DNA from: Eledone cirrhosa
Taxonomy: Eukaryota
DNA length: 64,000 nucleotides
Direction: 5' to 3'
Assembly: GCA_964016885.1 (NCBI GenBank)
Contig: OZ024760.1
Span: 11,842,001-11,906,000 of the forward strand
Part shown: piece by piece, positions 55,150 through 64,000 of the stretch
Numbering within the stretch: the first letter of the stretch is position 1
Layout: each line of letters starts with the position of its first letter
Made by a program: the position numbers and the translations under genes
Notes under the pieces: generated by a model
Database searches by the model: none
Told to the model about the DNA's origin: nothing
What the model saw: only the letters and a program-made list of their open reading frames with translations

Positions 55150-56198
55150 GTATATATATATATGTATATATATATATGTATATATGTATATATATATATG
55201 TATATATATATATATGTATATATATATATGTATATATATATATGTATATATATATATGTATATATATATATGTATATATATATATGTATATATATATATG
55301 TATATATATATATGTATATATATATATGTATATATATAGGTATGTATATATATATATGTATATATATATATGTATATATATATATGTATATATATATATG
55401 TATATATATATATGTATATATATAGGTATGTATATATATAGGTATGTATATATATATGTATATATATATATGTATATATATATATGTATATATATATATG
55501 TATATATATATATGTATATATATATATGTATATATATATATGTATATATATAGGTATGTATATATATAGGTATGTATATATATATGTATGTATATATATA
55601 GGTATGTATATATATATGTATATATATATATAGGTATATATATATATATAGGTATATATATATATATATAGGTATATATATATATAGGTATATATATATA
55701 TATAGGTATATATATATATATAGGTATATATATATAGGTATATATATATAGGTATATATATATAGGTATATATATATATAGGTATATATATATATATAGG
55801 TATATATATATATATATAGGTATATATATATATATATAGGTATATATATATATATATAGGTATATATATATATATAGGTATATATATATATATAGGTATA
55901 TATATATATATAGGTATATATATATATAGGTATATATATATATAGGTATATATATATAGGTATATATATATATATAGGTATATATATATATATAGGTATA
56001 TATATGTGTATATATGTGTGTATATATATGTATGTATATATGTTTATGTATATATATGTATGTATATATATGTATATATGTATATATATGTGTATATATA
56101 TGTATATATATATGTATATATATATGTATATATATATGTATATATATATGTATATATATATGTATATATATATGTATATATATATGTATATATATATG

Positions 56199-56275
<77 letters not shown>

Positions 56276-56277
56276 GT

Positions 56278-56317
<40 letters not shown>

Positions 56318-56487
56318 GTATATATATATATGTATGTATATATATGTATATATGTATATATGTATATATAATGTATATATATATATATGTATATATATAT
56401 ATGTATATATGTATATATAATGTATATATATATATATGTATATATATATATGTATATATGTATATATAATGTATATATATATATATG

Positions 56488-56569
<82 letters not shown>

Positions 56570-56655
56570 TGTATGTATATGTATGTATATATATATATAT
56601 ATGTATGTATATGTATGTATATATATATATATATGTATGTATATATATATGTATG

Positions 56656-56686
<31 letters not shown>

Positions 56687-56789
56687 GTATGTATGTATAT
56701 ATATATATATATATATGTATGTATATATATATATATGTATGTATATATATATATATATATATGTATGTATATATATATATATATGTATG

Positions 56790-56852
<63 letters not shown>

Positions 56853-57143
56853 GTATGTATATATATATATGTATGTATATGTATATATATATATGTATGT
56901 ATATATATATATATATATGTATGTATATATATATATATATATATGTATATATAGGTATATATATATATAGGTATATATATATATAGGTATATGTATATAT
57001 AGGTATATGTATATATAGGTATATGTATATATAGGTATATGTGTATATAGGTATATATATATATAGGTATATATATATATAGGTATATATATATAGGTAT
57101 ATATATATATGTATATATGTATATATATGTATGTATATGTATG

Positions 57144-57175
<32 letters not shown>

Positions 57176-57219
57176 TATATGTATGTATATATATATATAT
57201 ATATGTATATGTATATATG

Positions 57220-57250
<31 letters not shown>

Positions 57251-57261
57251 GTATATATATG

Positions 57262-57324
<63 letters not shown>

Positions 57325-57392
57325 GTATATATATATATATGTATGTATATATATGTATATATGTATATATATGTATATATGTATATATAATG

Positions 57393-57442
<50 letters not shown>

Positions 57443-57572
57443 TATGTATGTATATGTATGTATATATATGTATGTATATGTATGTATATATATGTGTATG
57501 TATATATATGTATATATATGTGTATGTATATATATGTATATATGTGTATGTATATATATATGTATATATATG

Positions 57573-57633
<61 letters not shown>

Positions 57634-57942
57634 GTATATATATATATGTGTGTGTATATATATATGTGTGTATATATATATGTGTATATATATGTGTGTG
57701 TATATATGTGTGTGTATATATATATATATATATGTGTGTGTATATATATATATATATATATGTGTGTATATATATATATATGTGTATATATATATATAGG
57801 TATATGATGATGGTATGTGTCTGGGGAGGGGCTTCTCTATATGTGTATGTGTGCGTATTTCTTTTAATAATTACATTTTAATTGTTCTCTTGATTACTTG
57901 GAATGTTTCGGTTTTTATATTTCATAACAACAAAAACAACAG

Positions 57943-58269
57943 CAACAATAACAAAAGCAACAACAACGGCAACAACAACAACAACAACAACAACAGCGGC
58001 AACAACAGCGGCAACAACAACAACAACAGCGGCAACAACAACAACAACAGAAGCAGCAACAACAACAACAGCAGCAGCAACAGCAAAAATTGTGATGGCA
58101 ATGAATATTCCCGCAGGACAATGGACTATATGGCATGAGTGGTCTGGATGCTCGGCCTCGTGCGGACTCGGTAACAGAAATCGCAAACGTATGTGTTTAC
58201 CGTACGATTACCACTGTATCGGTGACTTGTTAGAAATGGCTTCGTGTATGACAGAAACATGTGAAACAG
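57943..58269 (+). CDS. Thr/Ala-rich mucin-like spacer plus TSR exon 3
   Basis: Poly-Thr (ACA codons) then GQWTIWHEWSGCSASCGLGNRNRKRMC. Donor G|GTAAGG at 58270 is phase 1. The acceptor is taken as the first AG after the pyrimidine tract (57941-42) and is less certain. Confidence 0.82.
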
Positions 58270-58696
58270 GTAAGGACATAGCTTGAGTATAATGAAACTG
58301 GGTTCTCAGGGAACTTTATAAAGAGGGCTACCCTCTGGTCCCAAATCGAAAGGGGGATGTTGAGTAAGCTGGAGAGTGGGGTGGACATTTGCTTAAATTC
58401 TTATAAGCAGGTGGTTGGAATAAACGAAACGAGGTGGGGAATCGGTAATTATATAGTGTACATTTGTAAATGGTTTTGAAGAGAAAGAGGTGAGAAAATT
58501 CTGGCCGGATATGGCCAGTTTAAATGCTAAAGGGTTAGATTCTTATAAACAAGGGGGTTGGAATAAACGGAGGGGGGAGAGTGGTAGTTGTACAGTGTAC
58601 GTTTGTAAATATGGGATTTCTTTGTCATATATAATTTTTTTAACCCTTTATCATTTACATAACTCTACATTTACTGTACATAACTGTACCTTGAAA

Positions 58697-59590
58697 TCAA
58701 AAGGACTGATCCTGAAATCTACAACTCTTTCCTACAATCAGACCTGGACACAATGCAGCAATGGATCACAGACTGGCAACTGAAGCTGGCTGTGGACAAG
58801 TGTACCACCATGCATTTTGGGAGGAAAAATCCAGCGTCCACATACTCCCTCCACAACACTGATATCAAGAAGTCCTCTTGTGAACGTTACCTGGGCATTA
58901 CTGTCAACAGCGATTTGCGTTGGACAAAGCATGTCTCTAAGATTGTCAAGAAGGACGAGGGTGTCTTGGCATCACTCAGCAAGACCTTTGTTAGCCACTC
59001 TCCAGCCATCTATTTAAAGCTGTATACAGCTATGGTACGACCACACTTGGAATTCGCATCATCAGTCTGGAACCCCTATCTTGCTCAGAACATTGACTGC
59101 CTGGAAACTGTTCAGAGACGTGCAACCAAACGCATACCCTCCATCAGACACCTACCATACTCTGAACGCCTTGCTTCCCTGGGCATGGATTCATTGAAGC
59201 TCCGATGTCTGGCAATGGACTTGGTAAATACGCACAAAGTTATTAACCATCTCGCCAACAACAACCCTGAGCACCTTTTTGATCTCCATGTGTCTAACAC
59301 ACGTGGACATGCCTACAAAATCAGAAAACAGCACAGCTCCCATGACTTTCGTAAACATTTTTTCACGCTCAGAGTTGCTAAAGCATGGAACAAACTGCCT
59401 GCGTCAGTTGTTAGCTGCCGAGACACTGCATCCTTTAAGACACTCATGCTTCCCGAAATACGCCAAATGTACACCTTCCATACACATGCACACACGTGTG
59501 TATCATGACTCATGCACTGTTCATTTTCCTGACGTTTGTACATTACCATTTTGATGAGTTGTAGTGCACCTGAGCACTGTACACAATATT

Positions 59591-59628
<38 letters not shown>
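58697..59628 (+). mobile_element. CR1/L2-group LINE 3' end with (ATT)n tail
   Basis: LYTAMVRPHLEFASSVWNPY, LETVQRRATK, TRGH, FFTLRVAKAWNKLP. Confidence 0.92.
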
Positions 59629-59825
59629 TACTATTGTAGTTTCATGGTCAACACTTTATCTCATAATTATCTCACATAATATTGAATCTATGAAATTTTG
59701 ATATTATATATTTTGAGAACAATACCTTAACATAAGTATGAGTGGCCGGTTATAGCCGGTTTAAATGCTAAAGGGTTAAATGTAAAATAAAATTACTATT
59801 AGATTCTCCAGCTGCTGTATCGATA

Positions 59826-60982
59826 TCACACACACACAATACACATACATACACACATGATACACATACACACACATGATATACATACATACACACATAA
59901 TACACATACATACACACATGATACATATATACACATAATACACATACATACACACATGATACACATACATATACACATGATACATATACATACACACATG
60001 ATATACATACATACACACATAATACACATACATACACACACATAATACACATACATATACACATGATACATATACATACACACATGATACATATACATAC
60101 ACACATGATACACATACATACACACATAATACACATACATACACACATGATACACATACACACATAATACACATACATACACACATGATACATATACACA
60201 CACATGATATACATACATACACACACAATACACATACATACACACATGATACACATACATACACATACGATACACATACATACACACACAATACACATAC
60301 ATACACACACGATACACATATATACACACATGATACATATATATACACACACAATACACATACATACACACACGATACACATACGATACACATACATACA
60401 CACACGATACACATACATACACACATGATACATATATACACACACATGATACACATATATACACACATGATACACATACATACACACACGATACACATAC
60501 ATACACACACGATACACATACATACACACACGATACACATACATACACACACGATACACATACATACACACATGATACATATATACACACACATGATACA
60601 CATATATACACACACGATACACATATATACACACATGATACACATACATACACACATGATACACATACATACACACATGATACATATATATACACACACG
60701 ATACACATACATACACACATGATACACATACATACACACACATGATACACATATATACACACACACGATACACATATATACACACACACAATACACATAT
60801 ACACACACACACACATACATGACACACATACACACACATGAAACACACACACATACATACACACATGTACACACACCCGATACGCATACACAGATATGAT
60901 TCACTTACACACACATACTTACACACGTACACACGACACACACGATACACATGACACACACGATACACATACACACACACTC
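59826..60982. repeat. Compound (CA/TA) low-complexity minisatellite
   Basis: Units of about 20 bp, gatacacatacatacacaca(c/t). Confidence 0.93.
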
Positions 60983-61099
60983 AAATGATGCAAATGAATG
61001 TTGAAAGTTGCTAATTATCTTGTTAATTATGTTAATTATGTTAATTATGTTATGTTAACTTTGGTAACAAAATTCCATGTTTTTATTTTTTTTTTCCAG

Positions 61100-61471
61100 A
61101 GATGACGACAACGACAACAACAACAACAACAGCACCAACAACAACAGCACCAACAACAGCAGCGACAACAGCAGCGCCAACACCAACAACAGAAACAACA
61201 AGCGAACTGACAAGAGAACCATCCACAACAACAACAACACCAACACCAACTGTACCACTAACCACGTCTGAAGAACAACCACCATCAACAACCACGACAG
61301 AACCGGAAACAAACTCAGTAGTAATAGGAGTATGGAATGCCTGGAGCGAGTGGACAAAATGTTCAGCCGTGTGTGGTTTTGGTGACCGAAAGCGGGACCG
61401 CGTTTGTTCGACTCAGAGGTGCAATGGTGTGCCCAACGAATTGGGAAATTGTATAATCAATCCTTGCATCC
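61100..61471 (+). CDS. Thr/Pro-rich mucin-like spacer plus TSR exon 4 (gene probably continues downstream)
   Basis: polyT-ccAG acceptor at 61098-99; GVWNAWSEWTKCSAVCGFGDRKRDRVC...CNG...C...PC; donor C|GTAAGA at 61472, phase 1. Confidence 0.9.
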
Positions 61472-61572
61472 GTAAGAATACATTTGTATAATCTGTCTAC
61501 TAATATATAATACTCTTGTGTATTTGTCCATCACAAGAGATGACTGAGGAAGTAAGGGGGATGACAAACTGA

Positions 61573-63034
61573 GAAAGGAAGGGGTTGTAACGTTGACTGA
61601 GGAAGGAAGGGGTGGTAACGTTGACTGAGGAAGGAAGGGGTGGTAACGTTGACTGAGGAAGGAAGGGGTGGTAACGTTGACTGAGGAAGGAAGGGGTGGT
61701 AACGTTGACTGAGGAAGGAAGGGGTGGTAACGTTGACTGAGGAAGGAAGGGGTGGTAACGTTGACTGAGAAAGGAAGGGGTGGTAACGTTGACTGAGAAA
61801 GGAAGGGGTGGTAACGTTGACTGAGGAAGGAAGGGGTGGTAACGTTGACTGAGAAAGGAAGGGGTGGTAACGTTGACTGAGGAAGGAAGGGGTGGTAACG
61901 TTGACTGAGGAAGGAAGGGGTGGTAACGTTGACTGAGGAAGGAAGGGGTGGTAACGTTGACTGAGAAAGGAAGGGGTGGTAACGTTGACTGAGGAAGGAA
62001 GGGGTGGTAACGTTGACTGAGGAAGGAAGGGGTGGTAACGTTGACTGAGGAAGGAAGGGGTGGTAACGTTGACTGAGGAAGGAAGGGGTGGTAACGTTGA
62101 CTGAGAAAGGAAGGGGCGGTAACGTTGACTGAGGAAGGAAGGGGCGGTAACGTTGACTGAGAAAGGAAGGGGTGGTAACGTTGACTGAGGAAGGAAGGGG
62201 TGGTAACGTTGACTGAGGAAGGAAGGGGTGGTAACGTTGACTGAGGAAGGAAGGGGTGGTAACGTTGACTGAGGAAGGAAGGGGTGGTCACGTTGACTGA
62301 GGAAGGAAGAGGTGGTAACGTTGACTGAGGAAGGAAGGGGTGGTAACGTTGTCTGAGGAAGGAAGGGGTGGTAACGTTGACTGAGGAAGGAAGGGGTGGT
62401 AACGTTGACTGAGGAAGGAAGGGGTGGTAACGTTGACTGAGGAAGGAAGGGGTGGTAACGTTGACTGAGGAAGGAAGGAAGAGGTGGTAACGTTGACTGA
62501 GGAAGGAAGAGGTGGTAACGTTGACTGAGGAAGGAAGGGGTGGTAACGTTGACTGAGGAAGGAAGGGGTGGTAATGTTGACTGAGGAAGGAAGGGGTGGT
62601 AACGTTGACTGAGAAAGGAAGGGGTGGTAATGTTGACTGAGGAAGGAAGGGGTGGTAACGTTGACTGAGGAAGGAAGGAGTGGTAACGTTGACTGAGGAA
62701 GGAAGGGGTGGTAACGTTGACTGAGGAAGGAAGGAAGAGGTGGTAACGTTGACTGAGGAAGGAAGAGGTGGTAACGTTGACTGAGGAAGGAAGGGGTGGT
62801 AACGTTGACTGAGGAAGGAAGGGGTGGTAACGTTGACTGAGGAAGGAAGGGGCGGTAACGTTGACTGAGAAAGGAAGGGGTGGTAACGTTGACTGAGGAA
62901 GGAAGGGGCGGTAACGTTGACTGAGAAAGGAAGGGGCGGTAACGTTGACTGAGAAAGGAAGGGGTGGTAACGTTGACTGAGGAAGGAAGGGGTGGTAACG
63001 TTGACTGAGGAAGGAAGGGGTGGTAATGTTGACT
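61573..63034. repeat. 28-bp purine-rich minisatellite, about 52 copies
   Basis: Unit GGTAACGTTGACTGAGGAAGGAAGGGGT. Confidence 0.97.
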
Positions 63035-63184
63035 ATATGTCTTCCCGAGATCCATGGACGAGTTCTCTCCAGCGGTCTCTGTCCCTCATTATCGCTGCCA
63101 TGTCCTGCATCTCCAACAGACCAGTGTCTGTCCTTAGGGCATCAACATACGTTATCTTCCTATTCCAGTGTGTCCATGTAGGGG

Positions 63185-63222
<38 letters not shown>

Positions 63223-63537
63223 AAAATGTGTGAGGTCCTTGGTACAGTTAGGTATATTTGAAAAAAAAGGAAAGAATGACTTCACTTGTGTTTCTAAATG
63301 ATTTGATTTAATTTTATATTATAATTGTTTCTACTTTTGGCACAAGGCCAGTAATTACCCAATACATTACTGGTACTTTATTTTATCGACCCCGTAAGGA
63401 TGAAAGTCAAAGTTAACCTTGGCGGGATTTGAACTCAGAATGGCAGTATATATATATATATATATATATACATATATATATACACATATATACATATATA
63501 TATACATATATACATATATATATACATATATATATAC

Positions 63538-63580
<43 letters not shown>

Positions 63581-63853
63581 CTGTAAACACTGGCTTATCT
63601 TTGTAATTTAAAATTGATACACACTTCGATACTCTGTACATGCCAAACTCTTACTTTTGCCTCATGACAGCTAGTTTTACACGCCGTAATCTTAGATACA
63701 CTATTCCCCCCACCTAAGTAATGTCAGGGTCTCCTCAAATAATTTATTAATAGCATTGTTGTAATTGTTGTTATTGTTCTAACTGAATGCCATTACTACT
63801 TCATATAGTAGCCTGTATATTCTTTTCTTGCCTGTGTATTCTCTTCATTCTCG

Positions 63854-63966
63854 CATGCTCCGAAGATCTGACTGGTTATAATTTTGTATTGGCGATCGAG
63901 TAACGTGAAAATAAGCGAATAGCGACCTCTAGACATACCAGTTCAGAGAAACAATTGTCAGCTATG
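63854..63966 (+). ncRNA. Hammerhead-like motif with large loop II and U4C core change
   Basis: catGCT-CCGAAGA-TCTGA CTGG...(~60 nt)...CCAGtTCAGA-GAAAC-aatt-GTC|AGCtatg, with palindromic ACAATTGT stem III. Confidence 0.55.
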
Positions 63967-64000
63967 AGATTAAAAACCTTTTTTGTATAGCAAACCATGT

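Noticed and set aside
57915-58136. Poly-Cys ORF resembling a metallothionein or keratin-associated protein
   Set aside because: Antisense reading of the (ACA)n Thr tract of the TSR exon.
59768-60980. 370-384 aa Cys/Val/Tyr/Met ORFs
   Set aside because: CA/TA low-complexity repeat.
61500-63055. 255-263 aa Pro/Ser-rich repeat ORFs on the minus strand
   Set aside because: Three-frame read-through of a 28-bp minisatellite (period not a multiple of 3) inside an intron of the opposite-strand gene.

Overview
AT-rich, repeat-dense animal genomic DNA. The SINE/LINE repertoire and the very large (TA)n tracts suggest an octopod cephalopod (inference). Genes: three intact single-exon housekeeping CDSs, namely UNC50 (minus), RTRAF/C14orf166 (plus, head-to-head with UNC50) and NTPCR (minus). 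There is also a multi-exon plus-strand gene for a secreted protein (signal peptide, long charged region, at least four thrombospondin type-1 repeats with Thr-rich spacers, all introns phase 1) that appears to continue past the window end. The rest is SINEs, RTE, CR1/L2, CRE and Penelope retroelement fragments, piggyBac, mariner and hAT MITEs, minisatellites and a ~7.4 kb TA satellite. The most striking unannotated signal is a set of sequence-diverse type I hammerhead ribozyme motifs, folded by eye, in short islands embedded in (TA)n. They include U3-A8 core variants and long fold-back palindromes carrying one hammerhead on each strand. A degenerate copy lies downstream of a Penelope GIY-YIG remnant. 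A shared AGAGTTATGT(G)CCCTTGGC motif sits just upstream of two of the housekeeping genes. All calls are by eye; no alignments or folding programs were run.
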